A stretch of DNA of 42,049 nucleotides from a virus (Duplodnaviria > Caudoviricetes). Position 1 is the first letter of the stretch. The number at the start of each line of letters is the position of its first letter. Position numbers and translations under genes: made by a program. Below are positions 24,932-32,441 of this stretch, one piece after another. The DNA lies in the IMG/VR virus record IMGVR_UViG_3300024331_000004, positions 1 to 42,049 of that record, one strand, 5' to 3'. Under the pieces are notes generated by a model that saw only the letters and a list, made by a program, of their open reading frames with translations, was not told where the DNA came from and did no database searches.

Positions 24932-25926
24932 GCTGGCTTCTTACATGCCATTCGACTAACCAATTCCGCCGCTGCCGCCAGATGTGACGGGGCCAGATGG
25001 GCATACCGCAGCACCATCGAGTAGCTTTTCCAACCGCCCAACTCCATCACTTGTTGGAGTGGAATGCCGGCCTGTACCGCCCAGGAGGCCCAGGTATGTC
25101 GCAGATCGTGCCAGCGAAAAGGACGTAGCCCGCAGCGCTTCACCGCGGCTTTGAAGACCGGTGTATAGCAGGAGTCGATCGGCTTGCCGTGCCATTGAAA
25201 GACAAGGTCGCCTTTGGGATTGATCGCGCGTAGGCGCTGCAGCACCTTGATTGCATCTCGAGAGAGCGGCACGCCGTGCGGCCGCCCGGTCTTCATCTGC
25301 GAGGCCGGTATCCAAGCACGCTGCGCCCGTAGATCGACCCGCGACCAGGTCAACCCAAGCATTGCACGCATCCGCAAGCCTGTGAGTACGGCAAAGCGGG
25401 CGGCGAGCTGCAGGTGCACAGGCAGCGCCTTGCATAGGGCCTGGAACTGCGTTTGAGTCAACCAGCGGGGCTCTGGCGCCTTCGGGGCGTACATGGGTAC
25501 CTGTGGCACATGCTCCAGATAACGCCAGCGCGCACAGGCTCTCAGGACCGCACGTAGGGTCGCCATCGTGCGATCGACGCTCGCATGCTTCCAGCCTTCG
25601 GCGAGCGCATCTTTCTGCAACTCGGCATAAACATCCGGGTCGGCGATCTCCGAGACCGTGCGTCCGGTGAGTCTCGGCAAGAGCCATGTGAGCGCCTCGC
25701 GATCCCGAGCTCGTTTGCGTGAGGATTCGACTAACCATCGCTCAGTTGCCTCGTTCCACGAAAGGGCACTACGGTCTCCGAGTTTTTCGAGTCGCCACAG
25801 TCGCTGCTGGAGGACGCGCTCGAATTCTTCCGCGTCGCGGCGGTTCGTTGTGCCCGTTGACTTGCGAGTCTTGCGGCCAATGCGGACCCACCAGTAGGGG
25901 CTCCGGGGACGGCGATAGAGTGGCAT
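24928..25926 (-). CDS. int: tyrosine recombinase / phage integrase (likely start ATG 25926)
   Basis: TGLR, K (MKTG), HDLRHTWASW, LGGW and YAHL catalytic motifs; GGAG RBS. Confidence 0.95.
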   Translation of the reverse strand: MPLYRRPRSPYWWVRIGRKTRKSTGTTNRRDAEEFERVLQQRLWRLEKLGDRSALSWNEATERWLVESSRKRARDREALTWLLPRLTGRTVSEIADPDVYAELQKDALAEGWKHASVDRTMATLRAVLRACARWRYLEHVPQVPMYAPKAPEPRWLTQTQFQALCKALPVHLQLAARFAVLTGLRMRAMLGLTWSRVDLRAQRAWIPASQMKTGRPHGVPLSRDAIKVLQRLRAINPKGDLVFQWHGKPIDSCYTPVFKAAVKRCGLRPFRWHDLRHTWASWAVQAGIPLQQVMELGGWKSYSMVLRYAHLAPSHLAAAAELVSRMACKKPA

Positions 25927-26081
25927 CGCTTCTCCAGCCATTGTTGGAAGACATCTTTAGGGACGATCCACTTGCGGCCCACCTTTGTACCAGGGGCTTC
26001 GCGGGACTTCATCAGACGGCGCATCGTATCCGGATGACACTGCGCCAGGGAAGCGGCTTGATGCAAATCTAACGTGCTCAT
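25731..26081 (-). CDS. excisionase-like HTH protein overlapping int
   Basis: LDLHQAASL..CHPDTMRRL....EAPGTKVGRKWIV is an HTH_17/Xis pattern; directly upstream of int. Confidence 0.8.
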   Translation of the reverse strand: MSTLDLHQAASLAQCHPDTMRRLMKSREAPGTKVGRKWIVPKDVFQQWLEKRCHSIAVPGAPTGGSALAARLASQRAQRTAATRKNSSASSSSDCGDSKNSETVVPFRGTRQLSDG

Positions 26082-26407
26082 ACTTTCCCCCGCCGAACGC
26101 CCAACTCGCCCTCGTGCACCAACTGAATTAACGTCAGCCCGCAGAGCGTCAGGAACTGCTCGCTATGGTCATACTTCAGATCTTTGTTGCGCGAGAGCGT
26201 GTCCATCTCGAGATGACACTCCTGGCAGAGTCGGGCATGGATTAGGTCTGAGCATTTGATGCCGAGCCCGCCCCCGAAGGCCTCACGTCGCACTCCGGTG
26301 TAATGAGCCGCTACCACGCCCTCAATCTGCCGCTTGCACTTCACGCAGGGCTTGCCGTTGGCGCTGGCGAGCAGTTTGGGAGAGCGGAAGACGGGAATCT
26401 TCATCAT
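26078..26407 (-). CDS. DUF1364/YbcO-like putative nuclease
   Basis: RSPKLL..A.G.PC..C...VVAAH....GGG.GIK.SD......C..CH...D motif. Confidence 0.75.
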   Translation of the reverse strand: MMKIPVFRSPKLLASANGKPCVKCKRQIEGVVAAHYTGVRREAFGGGLGIKCSDLIHARLCQECHLEMDTLSRNKDLKYDHSEQFLTLCGLTLIQLVHEGELGVRRGKV

Positions 26408-26805
26408 GCGGCTTCCCTCAAATATTCCTCGCCAAAGCGTTCGCGGATCGCAAGCTCCAGCGACGGCCACAACTCCATCCATTGATCGTGAGTGAGATGC
26501 GCGAACGCGATCCGCTTCGGCACTCGGACCTCGTGCCCGTCGAAGTGATACACATCGTAATGACCGGCCAGGAGGCGCAGTTCATAGTCGATACTGTTCT
26601 CATCCCGCACCGGATCCTGGTTCTTACCGATCTCGCGACAGATCCCGAAGTACATGCGGTGCATTGGCAGGCTGCGTGGCCGCACGATTTCGAACTCAGC
26701 GCATTCGCCTTCGCCCAACCTGCCAAGGACAGCGCGAGACTCGTCGTCAGTCGGGATCAAGCCGACCTTGGCGCCGCGCTGTACCTTGGCGAGCCAGAGT
26801 TTCAC
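26404..26805 (-). CDS. DUF1367/NinB-like recombination-associated protein
   Basis: L.P.D......L..GE......RPRS...HR.YF, L.L.AGH and PK.IAF motifs. Confidence 0.7.
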   Translation of the reverse strand: MKLWLAKVQRGAKVGLIPTDDESRAVLGRLGEGECAEFEIVRPRSLPMHRMYFGICREIGKNQDPVRDENSIDYELRLLAGHYDVYHFDGHEVRVPKRIAFAHLTHDQWMELWPSLELAIRERFGEEYLREAA

Positions 26806-27413
26806 GCGACCACCCGCAACGGCTCATTACGCAGGATGGCTAGATGGGTATCCAACTCCGCCAAGAAGAGATCGACCTCAGTTGCGAGGGTCTTGATATA
26901 GACCTCATCGCGATAGACGCGCTTTACAAACAGCGGCATTTTGGGCCAGTAGGACACGAAATCAATCCACTCGCGCTCTGCGACCCATAAATTGCCTTGG
27001 CACTGGGGAAGATGCTCAGGCGGCAGCCGATCGGCCAACAGCACTTCGGCCTGCAGATGCGGAAGCTTCGTTTTGATCTCGCTCATCCCGTTGTTGCCAA
27101 CGAGCGAATCCGGCGAGCAGCCCTTGCGCCCGTTGCGGATGAAGCCAACCTGCACCGGTTCCAGATCCAAGTGGAAGGCATAGAGGTTGCGCGCATCCGG
27201 CTCCATCTCCTTGCCGCGCTCCATATGGGCGTTGGAGAAGCCCTCACACGGTTCGCCTGTCATCAGCTCGCCAATGAGCTTCATCATGTAGGTGCGCCGC
27301 GTCTTGCCTTCGCCCTTGGCTTTGACAGCACCAAACTCGCTGGCGGTCGGAATTCCGAGACGGGCGACGAACCACTCCGGCGAGCCCTGTGCGAAGTCGA
27401 ATACTTCGATCAT
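26802..27413 (-). CDS. YqaJ / lambda-exonuclease-like recombination nuclease
   Basis: QGSPEWF.ARLG.PTAS, MERG.EMEP.AR, GCSPD.LV, EIK, Q.QG.LWV....W.DFVSY motifs. Confidence 0.9.
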   Translation of the reverse strand: MIEVFDFAQGSPEWFVARLGIPTASEFGAVKAKGEGKTRRTYMMKLIGELMTGEPCEGFSNAHMERGKEMEPDARNLYAFHLDLEPVQVGFIRNGRKGCSPDSLVGNNGMSEIKTKLPHLQAEVLLADRLPPEHLPQCQGNLWVAEREWIDFVSYWPKMPLFVKRVYRDEVYIKTLATEVDLFLAELDTHLAILRNEPLRVVA

Positions 27414-28150
27414 TTGCTGCGAGCCTCCGCGGCCACAGTAGCCAAGCGTTTTACTTCTGCGACTACGGCGTCGTAGTTCTTCGCCGGTATTTGAGAGAAA
27501 CTCCCAATCTTCAGATACTTGCAGAGTTTGCTCTTATTGCCACCGTGTTCGCTCACGAGCGCATCCAGGTCGGCAACCTGTTTGTCAGTGATGAATGGGC
27601 CGCCGCCACCTAGCTTGCCATCGTCATCTTCCCCGCGGGTGTTGATGTTAAGGATAGCGTTCGCTGTGTAGCGTTTCGCGTAGCTGATGCTGGATGCCAG
27701 CGCTTGCACGCCATTCTTGCTGCCGCTCGTGTCGGCATCCAACTCCATGGATGTTTCCTCGCGATGTCCGGCCCGATGCATCAGAATGGCGGTCACTTCC
27801 GCCTTCCCTGCCTTCGTGGCCGTCTTGAAGGAGAGCCCGAAACCATGCTTGGCAAGGATCGGCTTCACAACAGCGTTGATATCTTCGAACTTGGCGTAGG
27901 TGCTACGCACCTGATCGCCAACCTTGATTTGCCCGCGTTCTGTGATCTCCGGCAGTTCGGGCTGCATTTCCGCAAATGCAGCGTTGTACTGCTCAACGGC
28001 CGCCTTGGCGTCCAGCCGTTCCTTCATTGCGAGCAGGCGTTCCATCTTGTCGATGTCGATCGACGGATCGCGGGCCGCGCGCTCGATGACTTGCACCATC
28101 GAGGTTGATTCCCGTTCCCGCACTCGCTCGTCAACAATAATCGCGTTCAT
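27410..28150 (-). CDS. ERF-family single-strand annealing protein
   Basis: YA.FEDI...VKPILAKHG, L.HRAGH.E, Q..ASSISYAKRY and EDDDG motifs. Confidence 0.9.
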   Translation of the reverse strand: MNAIIVDERVRERESTSMVQVIERAARDPSIDIDKMERLLAMKERLDAKAAVEQYNAAFAEMQPELPEITERGQIKVGDQVRSTYAKFEDINAVVKPILAKHGFGLSFKTATKAGKAEVTAILMHRAGHREETSMELDADTSGSKNGVQALASSISYAKRYTANAILNINTRGEDDDGKLGGGGPFITDKQVADLDALVSEHGGNKSKLCKYLKIGSFSQIPAKNYDAVVAEVKRLATVAAEARSK

Positions 28151-28163
28151 TCTATGCTCCAGT

Positions 28164-28231
28164 CCCGGCGCCGACCCTAAAATGTCGGCCTCACGTTAAA
28201 ACGCCTCCCGTTACAAGGGGCCGACGCCGGG
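28164..28231 (-). ncRNA. candidate structured cis-regulatory RNA upstream of the ERF gene
   Basis: Closing stem CCCGGCG/CGCCGGG with internal hairpins and an alternative GTCGGCC/GGCCGAC pairing; ends just before the ERF RBS. Confidence 0.35.
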
Positions 28232-28242
28232 GTGTTTGAAAT

Positions 28243-28434
28243 CTAGTCGCCTTGCCTGCGTGCCAACCCCGGCAAATTCACGCGCCAATCTCCAGTGCGC
28301 TCGCATTCGATCGACGGTGGTGGCATTCGACGATTGCGCTTCGTCGGCTTCGCGCGAAGATGGTCCGCCAGGAAAGAGCACAGCCACAGGATCGCGAGCA
28401 GCCACAACCCGAAGTCCATGAGTTTGTGCGCCAT
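28243..28434 (-). CDS. small membrane protein
   Basis: MAHKLMDFGLWLLAILWLCSFLA TM segment followed by a basic tail; TAATG coupling. Confidence 0.5.
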   Translation of the reverse strand: MAHKLMDFGLWLLAILWLCSFLADHLRAKPTKRNRRMPPPSIECERTGDWRVNLPGLARRQGD

Positions 28435-28607
28435 TATTGCAATCTCCCCTCGCACAGCGCCCGCAGCTGTAGAGCCGTCTGCAGGAACGTCATGGCCTGC
28501 TGCTGGAGTGCCTCTGATTTCTCTCCGGCCAACGTGCGCAACTCGATATCGATACGCAGCCGCTTGAGTTCGCCGTGCAGATACTGCCGGCTGGAGTAGA
28601 TGGTCAT
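28434..28607 (-). CDS. hypothetical protein
   Basis: GGAG RBS and ATGA coupling. Confidence 0.5.
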   Translation of the reverse strand: MTIYSSRQYLHGELKRLRIDIELRTLAGEKSEALQQQAMTFLQTALQLRALCEGRLQ

Positions 28608-28834
28608 TGCCGTGCTCCGAAGACCAACTGCCGTAACATCGCATCCCAACTCTCCATGGCAGGGAGAGCATTGCGGATGTCGTTATCGACTTGACGACCG
28701 ATCCACTGCTCGAAGAAGTCATCCTTGGCCGCCTGCTCGGTGGCACCGGTGCCGATCAGATCGCCGGGACCGGAGTAGGTCTCGTCATCGATGCAGGTCC
28801 ATTCGCCACTGGTATTGCTCGTACGCAATTTCAT
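28604..28834 (-). CDS. hypothetical protein
   Basis: W.CIDDETY.G....IGTGATEQAA..D motif; ATGA coupling. Confidence 0.6.
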   Translation of the reverse strand: MKLRTSNTSGEWTCIDDETYSGPGDLIGTGATEQAAKDDFFEQWIGRQVDNDIRNALPAMESWDAMLRQLVFGARQ

Positions 28835-29007
28835 GACAGCGTGCCCTCGTACAACAATTCCCCGATTACCGCTCCAACAATCACCGCCCAGTACAACGGC
28901 CACCAGTGCACGAAGTGGATACGCACGCGGTTAGGCGCATCCGGCGCATGACATCGGCGGCAGCGACCTCGCCACAACGCCGCGAAGCAGCAACACGTGG
29001 ATCTCAC
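28831..29007 (-). CDS. small Cys-rich membrane protein (GTG start)
   Basis: MRSTCCC...CRRC...WWPLYWAVIVGAVIG; GTGA/ATGA coupling on both sides. Confidence 0.45.
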   Translation of the reverse strand: MRSTCCCFAALWRGRCRRCHAPDAPNRVRIHFVHWWPLYWAVIVGAVIGELLYEGTLS

Positions 29008-29090
29008 GGAATCACCATCCAGCAGCCAGCCAGGTACAGCCCGAAGAGAGCGGCGCTGCAGGCCAAGGCTTTGAGGGTGTCGGCGCTCAT
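29004..29090 (-). CDS. 28-aa hydrophobic peptide, first gene of the leftward early operon
   Basis: GGAGAG RBS; MSADTLKALACSAALFGLYLAGCWMVIP; its stop overlaps the next GTG. Confidence 0.45.
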   Translation of the reverse strand: MSADTLKALACSAALFGLYLAGCWMVIP

Positions 29091-29113
29091 CCGTCTCTCC
29101 AACCGCAATTCCA

Positions 29114-29179
29114 TAGCGCGATAATGCTAGCAGAAGACTGCTGATGTCAAGCGTTATCGTGCTAAACGCGAGAATGCTG
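29114..29179 (-). promoter_or_regulatory. PL-like promoter with operator array (OL)
   Basis: TTGACA (29145-29150, - strand) with CATTAT 18 nt downstream; 16-bp TAGC-N8-GCTA-like sites at 29114, 29128, 29149 and 29164. Confidence 0.7.
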
Positions 29180-29200
29180 TGATGCAGGCAGGGGTAACCC

Positions 29201-29590
29201 CTAGCCCATCTTAGTGTTTCGTATGGGAACGACCGGCGCCCCTGGCTCACGATGAGCAGCTTCGCGCTCAGCCATGCGGTCGATGAAATCTTGACCTTTG
29301 GGTCCAGCGTTCACGTAGTGGTCAACCAATTCCGGAATCCGTTTGGAATCGAGTATGTCGGGCGGTAGACCTGACACCAACAAGATCCACGCCGGCACGT
29401 GAAATGCCGTGGCTAACGAGCCGAGGATGTCGGTAGTGCAGTCCTGTTGTTGATTCAACAGACTACTTATGTGCCGCTGGCTCACGCCAGACTCGCGTTC
29501 GAGACGCTTTTGACGCCAGTCACGGCGTTCCATCAAAACCTTCAGGTTTCTGGCGAGAACTTCACGTGCTGCTGCTTTGCGGGGAGGCAT
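29201..29590 (-). CDS. CI-like XRE repressor, short, no S24 peptidase domain (start probably 29590)
   Basis: LARNLKVLM....WRQKRLERESGVSQRHISSLL.....CT.D.L..LA.AF.VPAWILL HTH; divergent from cro. Confidence 0.8.
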   Translation of the reverse strand: MPPRKAAAREVLARNLKVLMERRDWRQKRLERESGVSQRHISSLLNQQQDCTTDILGSLATAFHVPAWILLVSGLPPDILDSKRIPELVDHYVNAGPKGQDFIDRMAEREAAHREPGAPVVPIRNTKMG

Positions 29591-29644
29591 GGGAACACGG
29601 TATTCCCAAGCTCTAGCGCTATTATTCATTTTTGGCGACAGCAT

Positions 29645-29685
29645 GAGCGTTGTCACGCTAGCACGATTGTGCTAAGAATACGGGC
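29645..29685 (+). promoter_or_regulatory. PR-like promoter with operators (OR); leaderless cro transcript
   Basis: TTGTCA at 29650 and AAGAAT at 29674, 6 nt before the ATG; operators GAGCGTTGTCACGCTA (29645-29660) and TAGCACGATTGTGCTA (29659-29674). Confidence 0.7.
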
Positions 29686-29886
29686 ATGGACTTACATAAC
29701 GTTCGCTGCCAGCTCAAAAAGACCCTCCGGGACCGGAAATTGACTCAGGAGGCCTTCGCTCGCAAGTACGAGCTGAGTTCGTCCTGGCTGAACAAATTCC
29801 TACGGGCCGAGGTCACCGATCCGCGCGTGAGTTCTGTTGAGCGACTGCAGCAGGCGATTGATGCCGAAGCACAGCGAGCCGCTTAG
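29686..29886 (+). CDS. Cro-like HTH protein
   Basis: LTQEAFARKYELSSSWLNKFLR..V.DP.VSSVERL; divergent from the repressor. Confidence 0.8.
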   Translation: MDLHNVRCQLKKTLRDRKLTQEAFARKYELSSSWLNKFLRAEVTDPRVSSVERLQQAIDAEAQRAA

Positions 29887-30146
29887 TGACATTCGAAAGT
29901 TACCGTCGCGACGCCTGCAGCCGGGAAATCGTGCTCGGTAGATATGTCGGTGACGTGGATGCTCTTGCCGAGCGCGGCGCATTTCTTGTTGGCGTTGCGC
30001 AGCGCCATCTCGCGAGCTCCCGTGACACCCCCGCGCGCCGGGGCTGCGGTGACCGAGGTCTGATAGGTATCCGGACCGAGTTGCAGTGCGTCAGTCTGCC
30101 AGGCGCAACCGGCGAGCAGTGCAACACCGAAAATAGCGATTCTCAT
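29883..30146 (-). CDS. lipoprotein (possible superinfection exclusion)
   Basis: MRIAIFGVALLAGC lipobox; GGGGAG RBS; LGPDTY and A...AN..CA..GK....F.C motifs. Confidence 0.75.
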   Translation of the reverse strand: MRIAIFGVALLAGCAWQTDALQLGPDTYQTSVTAAPARGGVTGAREMALRNANKKCAALGKSIHVTDISTEHDFPAAGVATVTFECH

Positions 30147-30187
30147 GGATTCTCCCCTCGACCCAAGCTCGGGTCAGACCCCTGATC

Positions 30188-30355
30188 ATGAACGCCAGAG
30201 GGTCTACATCACAAATTTCCACGCCCGTCCATACGCTGCGCTCCCCTTGGCGTGCTCCCTTCGGAGCCGGGCGTTCTTCCAAAGGCGCCGAGGCTGGGTC
30301 TCGGAGGGCGCTGCGCTTATCGCTGTGCGCACCAGATACAGCGAACCTTCAATGA
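30188..30355 (+). CDS. possible small protein (55 aa) coupled to the replication gene
   Basis: ORF ends in an ATGA overlap with the initiator start; no recognisable motif. Confidence 0.3.
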   Translation: MNARGSTSQISTPVHTLRSPWRAPFGAGRSSKGAEAGSRRALRLSLCAPDTANLQ

Positions 30356-31206
30356 GTGGTTGGATTAAGTTCTGGAAGGACATGGCCGACGATCCACGCC
30401 TGATCGAATCGGCCAAGCAGATTGCTGATCGCTACCACCTTGCCCGCAAGACTCCCGGCGGAGGGGGCGAGGATCTCTCTTCTGGAGACGCGTTACGTTT
30501 CGCTAGTAACGCGTTACGTGGTGCGCTCGTAACGCTATGGTGTTATGCGGATGAGCACATTCGTAACGACGACACGTTACCGATGAGTTCAGAGACCCTC
30601 GATGCATTCGTCGGAATCGAAGGTTTTTTCGACATGGTTCCGCGCGATTGGGTCGCTGAACTCGACGACGGCACAGTGCAACTGCCGGGCTATTGTGAAA
30701 AGAATGGATTGATTGCAAAGGAAAAAAGGGCCTCTGACAATAAGGCTCGGCAGGCTGCCTGGCGCGCTAGGAATAACGCTAAACGTAACGGAGTTCATAC
30801 ACATAGCGTAACGCGTAACGAGTCTGTTACAAAATGCGTAGACCTAGACTCAGACTTAGACCGAGACTGTAAGAAAAGAAACTCTCCTACGGAGAGTAAA
30901 GAAAAGCCTCGCGCTGCGCGCTCCGCCGGCGCAACCCGCCTGCCGGCTGATTTCGCACTGACCCCCGAGAGGCGAGCGATCGCGGAAGCCGAGAAGGCGG
31001 ACCCGGAGCGGGAGTTCGCCAACTTCACCGACCATTGGCGGTCGAGTTCCGGTGCCAAGGCGCGCAAGCATGACTGGGATGCCACGTGGCGGATCTGGTG
31101 CCGGCGTGCCGCAGACTTTAAGCCGCGAGGGAATGGCGCTGGTGCCGAGAAACCCACGCTCACCTGGCGTCCGCCCCCGGACGAGGAAGCCGACAATGCA
31201 CGCTGA
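30352..31206 (+). CDS. replication initiator (lambda O-like) with C-terminal DnaT-like domain
   Basis: M.GWIK....M.DDP, GALV.LW..AD.H and C-terminal TRLP.DF....E...F.DHW......K.DW.ATWR.W motifs; internal iterons. Confidence 0.8.
   Translation: MSGWIKFWKDMADDPRLIESAKQIADRYHLARKTPGGGGEDLSSGDALRFASNALRGALVTLWCYADEHIRNDDTLPMSSETLDAFVGIEGFFDMVPRDWVAELDDGTVQLPGYCEKNGLIAKEKRASDNKARQAAWRARNNAKRNGVHTHSVTRNESVTKCVDLDSDLDRDCKKRNSPTESKEKPRAARSAGATRLPADFALTPERRAIAEAEKADPEREFANFTDHWRSSSGAKARKHDWDATWRIWCRRAADFKPRGNGAGAEKPTLTWRPPPDEEADNAR
30491..30830. repeat. GTAACG/CGTTAC iteron cluster, candidate replication origin
   Basis: Nine exact copies at 30491, 30506, 30512, 30529, 30563, 30575, 30785, 30808 and 30815, followed by an A-rich stretch. 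Confidence 0.65.
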
Positions 31207-31636
31207 CGACTTCCCGCAGTTCCGGACGTTGATGGAGAAACTCGCCGCCGTCTACGGCAAGGATCTGACGGATGCGCTGGTGAGCGCTGGGTGGGAAGCG
31301 CTGCGCGATTTGCCCTTTGCCCGCGTTCGGCAACTGGCAGACCAACATCTGCGGCGCAGTAAGTTTTTCCCGAAGCCTTCGGAGTTGCGCCCCAAGGAGG
31401 ATCTGCCTCCAACAGTTCGCACGCCAGCCATGGATGCAGCGTTCCAGGAGGGTGAGGATCGCTCAATCCGAAACCTGGAGGAACTGCGTCAGAAGAAACC
31501 TGCTGAGTGGGAACGGCAGGTTAGAGCCGCACGCATAGCGACAGGGAAAGACCCGGACTGCAATGCGATACAGCTGCATCGGCAGTATGGAAACCAACTC
31601 TGGTACGACTTGAAGGAACGATGCTGGCGCCTATGA
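31196..31636 (+). CDS. putative helicase loader/inhibitor-like replication protein
   Basis: GAGGA RBS; F...M..LAAVYG.......W.AL.DL......A..H...SKFFPKPSELR motif; follows the initiator. Confidence 0.6.
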   Translation: MHADDFPQFRTLMEKLAAVYGKDLTDALVSAGWEALRDLPFARVRQLADQHLRRSKFFPKPSELRPKEDLPPTVRTPAMDAAFQEGEDRSIRNLEELRQKKPAEWERQVRAARIATGKDPDCNAIQLHRQYGNQLWYDLKERCWRL

Positions 31637-31851
31637 GCGACATAGCCAGCGAAATGTTTCTCGCGCAACGGATGTTAGATCATCGCGGGCCGGATGTGTT
31701 TGATGGCACGACGGACAAACAATCGCGCATGCGTAAATTCCGATCCGCGATCAACGAATGTGGACTGGCGAGTGTTGTGATTGGCTCGAAGCAGGGCAAG
31801 CCGGTCACGTGGGCAGAGGCGTTCGAAACCGTCTACGCGGAGCCGCTATGA
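31633..31851 (+). CDS. hypothetical protein
   Basis: ATGA coupling on both sides. Confidence 0.55.
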   Translation: MSDIASEMFLAQRMLDHRGPDVFDGTTDKQSRMRKFRSAINECGLASVVIGSKQGKPVTWAEAFETVYAEPL

Positions 31852-32006
31852 AATTAGGCAGAGGATTCGCCAGCCACTGGCGTCCTGAGAATTGGGCTCG
31901 TGACTGGCAGCAGCGCTGCGGGCCGCCGAGTTTGGAGCAGCTACTGCGGCGCAATGAAATTGAACGCTTTCGGCTGATTCTCGCGCAGAAGGAACCGAAG
32001 GGATGA
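31848..32006 (+). CDS. hypothetical protein (52 aa)
   Basis: GGAG RBS and ATGA coupling. Confidence 0.45.
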   Translation: MKLGRGFASHWRPENWARDWQQRCGPPSLEQLLRRNEIERFRLILAQKEPKG

Positions 32007-32359
32007 TCACGCTCAGCATTCCGGAGGCCTCCCCGAGCATGAACGAGATGAAGGGCAAGCACTGGAGTCACTACCACGGGATGCGCCGGCACTGGTCGAT
32101 GCTCGTGCTGGTCGCCAAGACGGAAGCTCATGTGCCCTTCAGAGACCCGTTCGACAAGGCCGTCGTAAGGATCTTGCGCGAGGGCAGGCGGCTGCTGGAC
32201 TTCGACAATCTCGTCGGGGGAACCAAGGTTTTGACTGACTCACTGCGTGAGCAGCGCTTGATCGTGGACGACAGCCCCGCGCACCTGACGATCACGGTTT
32301 CGCAGCGGCTGGTCCCCCGAAATGGCTACCCGCGCACGATCGTTGAAATAGACGGGTAG
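32003..32359 (+). CDS. RusA-like Holliday junction resolvase
   Basis: PSMN...HW, R.LD.DNL.GG.K...D.L.....I.DDS motifs. Confidence 0.75.
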   Translation: MITLSIPEASPSMNEMKGKHWSHYHGMRRHWSMLVLVAKTEAHVPFRDPFDKAVVRILREGRRLLDFDNLVGGTKVLTDSLREQRLIVDDSPAHLTITVSQRLVPRNGYPRTIVEIDG

Positions 32360-32441
32360 TTCACCCGGGAAAATGTCTGTATATGGGAATGCGACTCCAT
32401 CTTTTGGATTCGCATGGCCCATCCCACACTGAGCCTCGCCG

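Noticed and set aside
28164-28231. tRNA gene
   Set aside because: Cloverleaf-like but only 68 nt, and lacks the TTCRA T-loop, D-loop GG and a 7-nt anticodon loop
32373-32441. In-frame ATG 32373 with TGA at 32430 before the GH-like gene, suggesting stop read-through or recoding
   Set aside because: Weak RBS, other genes end normally at TGA/TAG/TAA, and there is no genome-wide sign of a reassigned code
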